Translations under genes and position numbers: made by a program
Notes under the pieces: model-generated
What the model saw: only the letters and a program-made list of their open reading frames with translations
Databases searched by the model: none
Told to the model about the DNA's origin: nothing
NCBI GenBank assembly: GCA_049515555.1
Contig: JBEKTY010000067.1
Coordinates: 1-39,148 of the forward strand
Source: Thermoguttaceae bacterium
Lineage (GTDB): Bacteria; Planctomycetota; Planctomycetia; Pirellulales; Thermoguttaceae
Reading direction: 5' to 3'
Length of the DNA stretch: 39,148 nt
In this document: positions 1 through 7,323 of the stretch, in pieces
Numbering within the stretch: position 1 is the first letter of the stretch
How the letters are laid out: the number at the start of each line of letters is the position of its first letter

Positions 1-150
1 TTGTCATAACACAGCGCGCCCCCGCGGGGGGGGGGCGCCCCCGGGCCGTTTCTTTCAAAAACACCCCCCCCCCCGCTCTGTTTTTTTGGGGGGGGGGGGG
101 GGGGGCGCCCCGCCCGGGCCCCCCCCCCCCCCCCGCCACCGGAAGACATA
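1..150. repeat. Low-complexity region with long G and C homopolymer tracts (G10, C12, T7, G19, C17) at the window edge
   Basis: Read directly: runs such as gggggggggg, cccccccccccc, ggggggggggggggggggg and ccccccccccccccccc lie within 150 nt at the contig edge. This is either an assembly/sequencing artefact or a G4/i-motif-prone tract. Confidence 0.6.
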
Positions 151-430
151 AAAGCCGTTCCTTGCGGCGTTGTAGTGAAGAATCAGCGCTCCGTGGGGCA
201 AGCCCCACGGGGGCGTTCACAGTTTGAATCGCCATAGACGTCATTGCCCAGTTCAGACCCCCTTCGGCTCGCGCTTGTAGACACCGAGACCCACGTGACG
301 TATCATCGCGGCAGACATGGGGGTTTGGCCCGTGTTGCGGGAATACCGAGGGCGGCCCGCTGGGGCTTTGGGCCGCAGCAACTGTAAACGCCACCGCCGG
401 CCTTGTGCGGCGGAGCGATGATTGATCACT

Positions 431-540
431 ACAAACGCCGTGATACCGACGGCCGCTTTTTTCCCGTCTCCGCTCGGCCGGTTACGCCGGCCGAGCGGAG
501 ACGGGAAAAAAGCGGAACTCCTTGGAGGGCCGGCGTTTGT
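431..540 (+). promoter_or_regulatory. Long nested hairpin in the leader upstream of the hydrolase gene: a 29-bp perfect inverted repeat (453-481 / 487-515) with 5-nt loop ttacg, closed by an outer 10-bp stem acaaacgccg / cggcgtttgt
   Basis: Inverted repeat read directly: ccgcttttttcccgtctccgctcggccgg ttacg ccggccgagcggagacgggaaaaaagcgg. It sits about 100 nt upstream of ATG 635. Confidence 0.5.
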
Positions 541-634
541 AGCTGTCCAACCATCGCCCCACGGGGATCAACCCCGTGGTGGCGTTTACACTTTGAGTTC
601 ATACCAGGTACGGCTTGCAAAGGGGGACGCGATC

Positions 635-2653
635 ATGTACCGGAACTTGGCGGGGTTGTCGGTTTCTCTGGTGCTGCTGGGCCTGTGCACATGGGCCGCC
701 GGGGCGGAGTCCTACCCGCCCGACCGCGACGCACCCGGCGACGCCATGATCCAAGCCTATCTGGCAAGGGAAACGGAGAAGATCGAGTCCGATTTCCTGG
801 CCGGCGTCACTACCGGTCCGCAGTGGGACGAGCGCAGAGCGGAGTACCGGGCCGAATACTTTTACATGCTGGGCCTGGCGCCACGGCCTGAAAAAACGCC
901 GCTGCGGGCGACCATCACCGGCACGCTGTCCCGCGACGGTTACACGGTCGACATGATCCATTACCAGAGCCGCCCGCGGCTGTATGTGACCGGCAATCTG
1001 TACCGCCCCGCCGACGTGCCGCCGGGCCGGCGGCTGCCGGCCGTGCTCTACGCCTGCGGCCACTGGAACCAGGGCCGCTCCGGCAACAAGACGGCCTGCC
1101 AGTCGCACGGCATCTGGCTGGCCAAACATGGATACATCTGCCTGGTGGTGGATTCGCTGCAGTTGGGCGAGATCGCCGGCATTCACCACGGCACCTACCG
1201 CGAGGGCCGCTGGTGGTGGCAGTCCCGCGGCTACACGCCGGCGGGCGTCGAATGCTGGAACGGCATGCGCGGCATCGACTACCTCGCCGGCCGGACGGAC
1301 GTCGACCCGCAGCGGATCGGCGTAACGGGCATCAGCGGCGGCGGGGCGGCCACCTTCTGGATCGCCGCCGCCGATGAGCGGGTCAAGGTGGCCGTGCCCG
1401 TCAGCGGCATGGCCGATCTCCGCTCCTACGTTTCCAATCGCGTAATCAACGGCCACTGCGACTGCATGTTCCTGTACAACACGTTTCAATGGCCGTGGAC
1501 GCGGATCGCGGCCCTGGTGGCCCCGCGGCCGCTGCTGTTCACCAACAGCGACCAGGACGGCATCTTTCCCATGGACGCGAACCGCCGTGTGATCGAGCGG
1601 CTGCGGCGGCTGTATGCCCTGTGCGGCGCGCCCGAGCGGGTCGACGCCTTCGTCAGCCAGGGTGGTCACGCCTACCGGGCCGACATTCGCCAGGCCGCCT
1701 TCCACTGGCTCAACGCGGCCCTGAAAGACGATCCCCGGCCGGTGGCCGACAGCGAGAGGGACCTCGTCAGCGGCGAGGGAAACAACCAGCATTACCCGAT
1801 CGAGCCCGAGCGGCTGCGGGTCTTTCCGCACGATTCGGACCTTCCTAAGGACGAGCTCAATACGCAGATCGACCGGCAATTCGTGCCCATGGCACGGGTC
1901 GAGCCGCCGGCCCCGGGCGGGCTGGCGGCCTGTCGGGCGGCGCTAAAGGCCGAGCTCCGCCGAGTGACGTTCCGCGCGATGAGCGAGCGGGTGCCGCCCG
2001 CCCGCACAATCGAGCCTGCCCAGGGCGAGCTGCTCCGCCTGGAAAGCGAGCCGGGAATCGAAGTCGGCTTGCAACCGGCGCCCCCCGCCCCGGCCGGCAA
2101 GGCCACCCGGCTGCTCATGGTCGTCCGCAACGCCGACGGCCGGCCACCGCTTTCCGACTGGCTGGGCCGGGTCCGCCTCTCGGGCGACGAGGTCTGGCTG
2201 TGCGCGGGGCGGGGCGTGGATCGCACCCGCTGGACCCGCAAGAACCCGCCCAACTACGTCGAGCGGGCGCACGCCCTGCTAGGGCGTACGGTGGATAGCG
2301 GCCGCGTGTGGGACGTGGCGGCCGCGGCCCGCTTCCTGCATGCCCGGCACGGCGGTCAACTGCCGGTCTACGTGGCCGGCGAGGGCCCGGCCGCCGTGCT
2401 GGCGGCCTACGCCGCGCTGTGGGAGCCCGAGATCGCCGGCGCGGTGCTGGGCCGCCCGCCGCTCAGTCACATGGACCCCGAGGCCCCGCCGCTACTGAAC
2501 GTGCTGCGCGTCTGCGACATTCCCGACGTGCTGGGCATGCTCGCCCCGCGGCCGCTGACGGTCTATGCCGGGCAGGCCGCGGCCTTGGACAAGGTGGCCG
2601 CCATCTACAAGGCCGCCGACGCCGCCGGCAAGTTCGCCCGCCAGGACGAATAG
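635..2653 (+). CDS. Secreted alpha/beta-hydrolase (acetyl-xylan-esterase / dienelactone-hydrolase-like) with a C-terminal extension
   Basis: The ORF frame runs 422-2653. The internal ATG at 635 gives a signal-peptide-like N-terminus MYRNLAGLSVSLVLLGLCTWAAGAE. A GISGGG nucleophile elbow (GxSxG) and downstream D/H residues are typical of esterase/peptidase alpha/beta folds. Confidence 0.85.
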   Translation: MYRNLAGLSVSLVLLGLCTWAAGAESYPPDRDAPGDAMIQAYLARETEKIESDFLAGVTTGPQWDERRAEYRAEYFYMLGLAPRPEKTPLRATITGTLSRDGYTVDMIHYQSRPRLYVTGNLYRPADVPPGRRLPAVLYACGHWNQGRSGNKTACQSHGIWLAKHGYICLVVDSLQLGEIAGIHHGTYREGRWWWQSRGYTPAGVECWNGMRGIDYLAGRTDVDPQRIGVTGISGGGAATFWIAAADERVKVAVPVSGMADLRSYVSNRVINGHCDCMFLYNTFQWPWTRIAALVAPRPLLFTNSDQDGIFPMDANRRVIERLRRLYALCGAPERVDAFVSQGGHAYRADIRQAAFHWLNAALKDDPRPVADSERDLVSGEGNNQHYPIEPERLRVFPHDSDLPKDELNTQIDRQFVPMARVEPPAPGGLAACRAALKAELRRVTFRAMSERVPPARTIEPAQGELLRLESEPGIEVGLQPAPPAPAGKATRLLMVVRNADGRPPLSDWLGRVRLSGDEVWLCAGRGVDRTRWTRKNPPNYVERAHALLGRTVDSGRVWDVAAAARFLHARHGGQLPVYVAGEGPAAVLAAYAALWEPEIAGAVLGRPPLSHMDPEAPPLLNVLRVCDIPDVLGMLAPRPLTVYAGQAAALDKVAAIYKAADAAGKFARQDE

Positions 2654-2666
2654 GCACCATTTAATT

Positions 2667-3671
2667 CTATCGGGGCTGCTGCTGGACCACCTCGATGGCC
2701 GCCAGCATGTTCTCCAGCGGCACGTCGCCTTCGACATCGTGGGCGGGGGCGAAGATATAGCCGCCCTCGCGCCCCAGTGCCACGAGGCGGCGGGCCTCGG
2801 CCCGCACCTCTGCCACCGTGCCGAAGGGCAACGTCCTTTGGGTCGACAGCCCGCCGTGAAAGGCCAGCCGTCCGCGGTAACGTGGCAGCAAGCTGTAAAC
2901 GTCCATCACCTCGGGCTGGAAGGGGTTGAAGCAGCTCAGGCCGATATCGAGCAGGTCGTCGAACAACTCGTCGACGTCGCCGCAGGAATGGATCATTACG
3001 AACTTGCCCGCTTGCCGCACCGCGGCGTACATCCGCTTCAGTTGCGGCAGGATGAATTCCCGCCACAAGCGCGGACCCATTTGCAAACCGTGCTGCTGCC
3101 CCCAGTCGTCGCCGAAGTACACGGCGTCGATGTCGTGCTTCAGGGCCTCGCGGAGCTGGGCGATGTTGTAGTCGGCAATGCGGCCCAACAAATCGTGGAC
3201 GAAGCGGGGCGCGTCGTAGAAATCCATCAGCAACTGTCCCATGCCCCGCAGGGTCCACGCCCGCTCGTACAGCGAGAAGCCGATCTGGAACACCCGGAAG
3301 CGGTCGGGAAAGCGGGCGATCCCGGCCGCTATGCCGGCGAAGATGCGGGGATCGAGCGGATCGGGAAACTCGTAGCCGGCCAAGCTGGGCCGGGCCAGCA
3401 CTTGCCCTTCGACATTGCCGATGTCCTTATCGACGCTCCGGTCCCAGACCACGCCGAACACGTCTTGCACGCGATCATGGCCCAACTCGCTGAAGAAACC
3501 GATGTCGCTGCCGAGCTTCAGCAGGTGATTCTCCAGCGGGACTTCGATGTCCGGGCAGCCGTAGTGCCGCTCGAGCTTCTCCCGGGCTTCCTTGGTAAAA
3601 CCCATCGACCAAGGGACGTACGGCGGCCGCTTCCCTTCCAGAACCAGGTGGATGACGTCGCGTTTCTGCAT
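2667..3671 (-). CDS. Uroporphyrinogen decarboxylase (URO-D) family protein
   Basis: 334-aa ORF. The organisation matches URO-D/MtaA-like TIM barrels: a conserved C-terminal block IHSCGDVDELFDDLLDIGLSCFNPFQP...LAFHGGLSTQ and an N-terminal PYVPW region. Confidence 0.8.
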   Translation of the reverse strand: MQKRDVIHLVLEGKRPPYVPWSMGFTKEAREKLERHYGCPDIEVPLENHLLKLGSDIGFFSELGHDRVQDVFGVVWDRSVDKDIGNVEGQVLARPSLAGYEFPDPLDPRIFAGIAAGIARFPDRFRVFQIGFSLYERAWTLRGMGQLLMDFYDAPRFVHDLLGRIADYNIAQLREALKHDIDAVYFGDDWGQQHGLQMGPRLWREFILPQLKRMYAAVRQAGKFVMIHSCGDVDELFDDLLDIGLSCFNPFQPEVMDVYSLLPRYRGRLAFHGGLSTQRTLPFGTVAEVRAEARRLVALGREGGYIFAPAHDVEGDVPLENMLAAIEVVQQQPR

Positions 3672-3688
3672 GAAAGTCAGCGTGGCGT

Positions 3689-3850
3689 GCGGTTAGGAAC
3701 CGCGAAAGAGTGCCTTGAGCAAGTTCCAGCGACGGTGGCACGTCCCTGAGCGCAGCGAAGGGCGTGGTTCTTCGCACCTCGCCACGCCCTTCGTCCCTCA
3801 GGGCGTGCCACCCCAGTTGGTCGACTTATCTCCTCGCGGTTCCTAACCGC
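3689..3850. repeat. Family-A palindromic MITE/REP-like element, copy 1. Core GGTGGCACGTCCCTGAGCGCAGCGAAGGGCGTG ... CACGCCCTTCGTCCCTCAGGGCGTGCCACC, flanked by 15-bp terminal inverted repeats gcggttaggaaccgc / gcggttcctaaccgc
   Basis: Inverted repeat read directly. The core recurs at 9164-9301, 14686-14798 and 28749-28856, with a 15-bp fragment at 6158-6172. The element is intergenic between the Hsp20 3' end and the URO-D-like start. Confidence 0.8.
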
Positions 3851-3887
3851 AGGGGCGTGAACGATTACAGATCCTCCGAGCCAGGCG

Positions 3888-4358
3888 TTAGCTCGTCTGA
3901 ATCTGGATCTTCCTGACTTCGGGCTTCTTCTCCTCGGGCAGTTGCAGCTTGAAGGTCAGCGTCAGGATGCCGTCCTTAAGCTCCGCCACGGGCTCGCCCT
4001 CGATGTTCTCCGGCAGACGAAGCTGCCGCTTGAACGAGCCGTAGGACAGCTCGCGGATGTGATACTGCTCCGCGCTCTTCTCGCCGTTGGTCTTGCTCGT
4101 GCCCGAGATCTCCAGAACGCCCTCCGGCAAAATCTGGACGTTGATCTGCTCGGGCGGGTAGCCCGCCACGGTGGTCTTCACCACCAGGTGGCCGTCGTTG
4201 GTCGTGTAGGCGTCCAGCGGCGGGAAGTTGGCCTTGCTCTTCACCCCGTCGGTGAAGTCCTGGCCGAACACGTCGTTGAGCATGCGGTCGAGTTGCCGCG
4301 AGAGTGGGCCGAACAGCTCGTCCCGGGAAACAGGGCGCAATCGCAAAGTACCGAACAT
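3888..4358 (-). CDS. Hsp20/alpha-crystallin family small heat-shock protein
   Basis: The ORF frame runs 3888-4472. An internal ATG at 4358 is preceded by a strong SD (aggagg). The protein starts MFGTLRLRP...; the alpha-crystallin domain pattern (GHLVVKTTVAGY ... ILPEGVLEISG ... AELKDGILTLTF) is recognisable. Confidence 0.9.
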   Translation of the reverse strand: MFGTLRLRPVSRDELFGPLSRQLDRMLNDVFGQDFTDGVKSKANFPPLDAYTTNDGHLVVKTTVAGYPPEQINVQILPEGVLEISGTSKTNGEKSAEQYHIRELSYGSFKRQLRLPENIEGEPVAELKDGILTLTFKLQLPEEKKPEVRKIQIQTS

Positions 4359-4446
4359 ACAAACCTCCTCTTGACCCCTTGGGTCGGTTAGGCCGCTCCA
4401 CGTGGGACACGGCCGACTGTCCACCCCGGTTTGGGCATGGACCCTT

Positions 4447-4467
4447 AAGCTGCCAACTTGGCAGCTT
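4447..4467. promoter_or_regulatory. 10-bp perfect palindrome aagctgccaa-c-ttggcagctt in the hsp20 upstream region; candidate operator
   Basis: Read directly. It lies about 90-110 nt upstream of the hsp20 start on the minus strand. It matches neither CIRCE nor the sigma-54 consensus. Confidence 0.3.
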
Positions 4468-4563
4468 TTCAACGAGAATCATAAAGGAGCAACCTCCGTG
4501 CCAAACCCGGCGCCTTTTCCACAGCGGTTCGACACGCTACAATCGCGCCCGCAATCAACAGTC

Positions 4564-6018
4564 ATGTTAACGCTCATCAACAGCAATCGCATGCTGCCGC
4601 CGATCGCCCCGCTCGGGCTCGATTATGTGGGGGCGGCCGTGCGCCAAGCGGGGATCGAGGTCGATTTGCTCGACCTGTGCCTGGCAGACAATCCGGCCGG
4701 CGCGGTGCGGCACTACTTCCACACTCGGCAGCCCGAGTTGATTGGCGTCTCGTTTCGCAACATCGACGATTGTTTCTGGCCCAGCGGGGCGTGGTTCGTC
4801 CCGGACCTCGGGCAACTCGTGGCCCGTGTGCGCGGGCTATCGGGTGCGCCCGTCGTGCTGGGCGGCGTCGGATATTCGATCCTTGCCGCCGACGTGCTCC
4901 GCGCCTCCGGGGCCGATTTCGGCATCCGCGGCGACGGCGAACAGGCCGTCGTGGAATTGCTCGCCGAGTTGCGAGGCCCAAGGCGCTGGGATCGGGTGAG
5001 CGGGCTGCTGTGGCAAGAGGATGGCATAGTGCACGAGAACCGCCCGGCCTGGCCTGGCACACTGGCCGTACCGGCCGCCCGCGACATGGTAGACAACCCG
5101 ACGTATTTCCGCCTGGGCGGGCAGATCGGCGTGGAGAGCAAGCGCGGCTGTAGCCGCCAGTGCAGCTATTGCGTCGATCCGCTGGCCAAGGGCCCGACCG
5201 TCCGCCTGCGGCCGCCTTCCGACGTGGCCGGCGAGATGGAAGGCTTGCTCCGGCAGGGGATCGACGTATTCCACCTCTGCGATGCGGAGTTTAACCTGCC
5301 GCCCGGCCACGCCCGCGACGTCTGCGACGAGCTGATCCGCCGCGGGATTGGTTCCCGTAGCCGGTGGTATGCCTACCTTGCCGTCCTGCCCTTCGACGCG
5401 GACCTGGCAGGGCGGATGGCCCGGGCGGGCTGCGTGGGCATCAACTTCACCAGCGATTCGGCCAGCCCCGCCATGCTCGCCAGCTACGGGCAGCCGCATC
5501 GGCAGGCGGACCTCCGCGCGGCGATCGGGCACTGCCGGCAGCACGGCATTGCCGTCATGTGCGACCTGCTCCTGGGCGGTCCCGGCGAGACCGTCGACAG
5601 CGTTACGCAGTCCATCCGTTTCTTTCAGCAGGCCGGGCCGGATTGCGTGGGGGCGGCCCTGGGGCTTCGGCTCTATCCGTCAACGCGCATCACGGCCACG
5701 GTCGCCCAGGAAGGCCCGTGGGAGAGCAACCCCAGCATCCGCCGCCATTACGAGGGCCCGATCCATCTGCTGCGGCCCACGTTCTATATCTCAAGCCTGC
5801 TGGGCGAGCGGCCGGCCCGGTTGGTACGCGATCTGGTCGCCGGCGACCCGCGCTTCTTCGAGCCGGAAGAGGAAACCCCGGCCGCCGATCGGCCCGGCAT
5901 CGCGGGCGACCACAACTACAACGCCAACCGATCGTTGGCCAATGCAATACGTTCCGGCGCCCGGGGTGCATACTGGGATATTCTGCGAACTGGAAAAGGT
6001 GTCAGGAACCGTTTCTGA
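4564..6018 (+). CDS. B12-binding-domain radical SAM protein
   Basis: The ORF frame runs 4402-6018. The internal ATG at 4564 gives MLTLINSNRMLPPIAPLGLDYVGAA..., an N-terminal B12-binding-like Rossmann segment. The radical SAM motif CSRQCSYC (Cx3Cx2C) is present. Confidence 0.85.
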   Translation: MLTLINSNRMLPPIAPLGLDYVGAAVRQAGIEVDLLDLCLADNPAGAVRHYFHTRQPELIGVSFRNIDDCFWPSGAWFVPDLGQLVARVRGLSGAPVVLGGVGYSILAADVLRASGADFGIRGDGEQAVVELLAELRGPRRWDRVSGLLWQEDGIVHENRPAWPGTLAVPAARDMVDNPTYFRLGGQIGVESKRGCSRQCSYCVDPLAKGPTVRLRPPSDVAGEMEGLLRQGIDVFHLCDAEFNLPPGHARDVCDELIRRGIGSRSRWYAYLAVLPFDADLAGRMARAGCVGINFTSDSASPAMLASYGQPHRQADLRAAIGHCRQHGIAVMCDLLLGGPGETVDSVTQSIRFFQQAGPDCVGAALGLRLYPSTRITATVAQEGPWESNPSIRRHYEGPIHLLRPTFYISSLLGERPARLVRDLVAGDPRFFEPEEETPAADRPGIAGDHNYNANRSLANAIRSGARGAYWDILRTGKGVRNRF

Positions 6019-6114
6019 AGAAGGTGTCAGGTGAAAAAGGTGTCAGGAACCGTTTCGATGCACCTCCGTCGGAACAGGCGTCGGCACCGCGCGGATTACA
6101 TCGTTCCTGACACC
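5994..6114. repeat. Cluster of short repeats: aaaaggtgtcaggaaccgtttc twice (5994-6015, 6035-6056), a shorter gaaggtgtcagg between them, and an inverted copy cgttcctgacacc at 6102-6114
   Basis: Read directly. The first unit overlaps the last 7 codons of the radical SAM CDS (KGVRNRF*). Confidence 0.7.
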
Positions 6115-6333
6115 GGCCTTGATCGTAACCTTGCCCAATGCTAGCTGCGCTGGCATCGGGTGGCACGTCCCTAGAAGAAAGTGCCGATGCCGAACGTGTG
6201 CCTTGTCTTCAGCGTCGATTACGTCAATACGTTTGAAATGCTCGAAGACCTGAACGTTAAGTTCATCTTGAGCACCAAGAATCGCCGAGGAAAATGAATT
6301 GCTAGGGGGTTCTAATCCCGACGCCGGATCGTC

Positions 6334-7323
6334 TTACGACAGTTGCAGGCCCAAATCGAGGCGGCGGGCGTTTTCCAGGGCCCGCGCTGCGGCGCATAAA
6401 TCCTGAATCGCCACGCCGACCGACTTGAACAGCGTAATCTCGTCGGCGCGGCGCCGGCCCGGCGACCGCCCCAGCACGACTTCGCCCAGCTCGGTGCCGA
6501 AGTGCGACTGTTCGATCAGGCCTTGCTGCAAGGGTTGCAGCAAATCGCCCGCTTCAGCCAGTGCCGCGGCCCGATGGTCTACGACCACGCGGGCCCGGCA
6601 GACGACGGCGGCCGGGATCTCCGCCATGTCGCGCCGGTAGGCGCCGACGGCATTGACGTGCGCGCCGGCGGGCAGCTCGCCCTCGGCGAAGACCGGCCGG
6701 CAGGAGGAGGTGGCAGTGCAAACCACGTCGGCACCGGCCAGGTTCCTGGCGGGTGTGTCGGCACGCTCGACCGGCACACCCAGGCAATGGCTCATCTCGG
6801 CGGCAAAGCGATCCGCGGCAGACGGGTCGGCGTCATAAACGGATGCCCGGCGAATGGCCCGCACGCGGCACACTGCTTCCAGTTGCGTGCGTGCCTGCAC
6901 GCCGGCGCCGAAAACGGCCACCGCCGCGGCCTCGGATCGGGCCATTAGATCGGTGGCCAGACCGGACGCGGCGCCGGTGCGGATGGCGGTGAGGCTCGTG
7001 CCGTCCATCACCGCCAGATGCGCCCCGCTGACGCCGTCGATCAGGACCACTAGCGCCTGCACTGTCGGCAGCCCGCGCCGCGGATTGTCTGGAAACACCG
7101 TAACGGTCTTCAAGGAGAACATTTTTAGCGCGAGGGAGTGACAGGGCATAACCAGAAGGTCGCCATGCGCGTCCGGCGCTGGCAGACATTCGCGCTTCGG
7201 CAGCGTCACCTGCCCGCTGGACAACTGTGCGAAGGCTTCGCGCATGGCTGTAATCGCGTCGGTCATCGGCAGCGCGCGGCGCACGTCCGCCGCGGAAAGA
7301 TAGAGCAGTGGCGTGGTGTTCAT
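6334..7323 (-). CDS. Ornithine cyclodeaminase / mu-crystallin family protein (NAD(P)-dependent imine reductase / alanine-dehydrogenase-like)
   Basis: 329-aa ORF. It has the Rossmann motif AVFGAGVQA and OCD-family length and architecture. Its start overlaps the stop of the upstream gene by 4 bp (ATGA). Confidence 0.85.
   Translation of the reverse strand: MNTTPLLYLSAADVRRALPMTDAITAMREAFAQLSSGQVTLPKRECLPAPDAHGDLLVMPCHSLALKMFSLKTVTVFPDNPRRGLPTVQALVVLIDGVSGAHLAVMDGTSLTAIRTGAASGLATDLMARSEAAAVAVFGAGVQARTQLEAVCRVRAIRRASVYDADPSAADRFAAEMSHCLGVPVERADTPARNLAGADVVCTATSSCRPVFAEGELPAGAHVNAVGAYRRDMAEIPAAVVCRARVVVDHRAAALAEAGDLLQPLQQGLIEQSHFGTELGEVVLGRSPGRRRADEITLFKSVGVAIQDLCAAARALENARRLDLGLQLS

Noticed and set aside
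422-634. Upstream extension of the hydrolase ORF (start at 422)
   Set aside because: The extension reads through the leader hairpins and lacks a signal peptide. The ATG at 635 gives a canonical secretion signal.
150-634. tRNA/tmRNA gene in the structured leader
   Set aside because: No cloverleaf could be assembled by eye: no acceptor/T-arm pairing with a GTTC-like loop and no CCA-adjacent acceptor stem. I left it as an unassigned structured region.
3475-3777. ORFs translating 'RRTTPFAALRDVPPSLELAQ' at 3475-3777, 14486-14731, 9121-9318 and 28665-28892
   Set aside because: Each spans a copy of the family-A palindromic element. The shared peptide is an artefact of translating the repeat.
4402-4563. 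Upstream extension of the radical SAM ORF (start at 4402)
   Set aside because: The extension overlaps the hsp20 start and promoter region on the other strand. The internal ATG 4564 begins the conserved B12-binding segment.
5994-6060. Possible CRISPR-like array from the ggtgtcaggaaccgtttc repeats
   Set aside because: There are two full copies and one truncated copy with irregular spacing, overlapping a CDS end. It is not CRISPR architecture.
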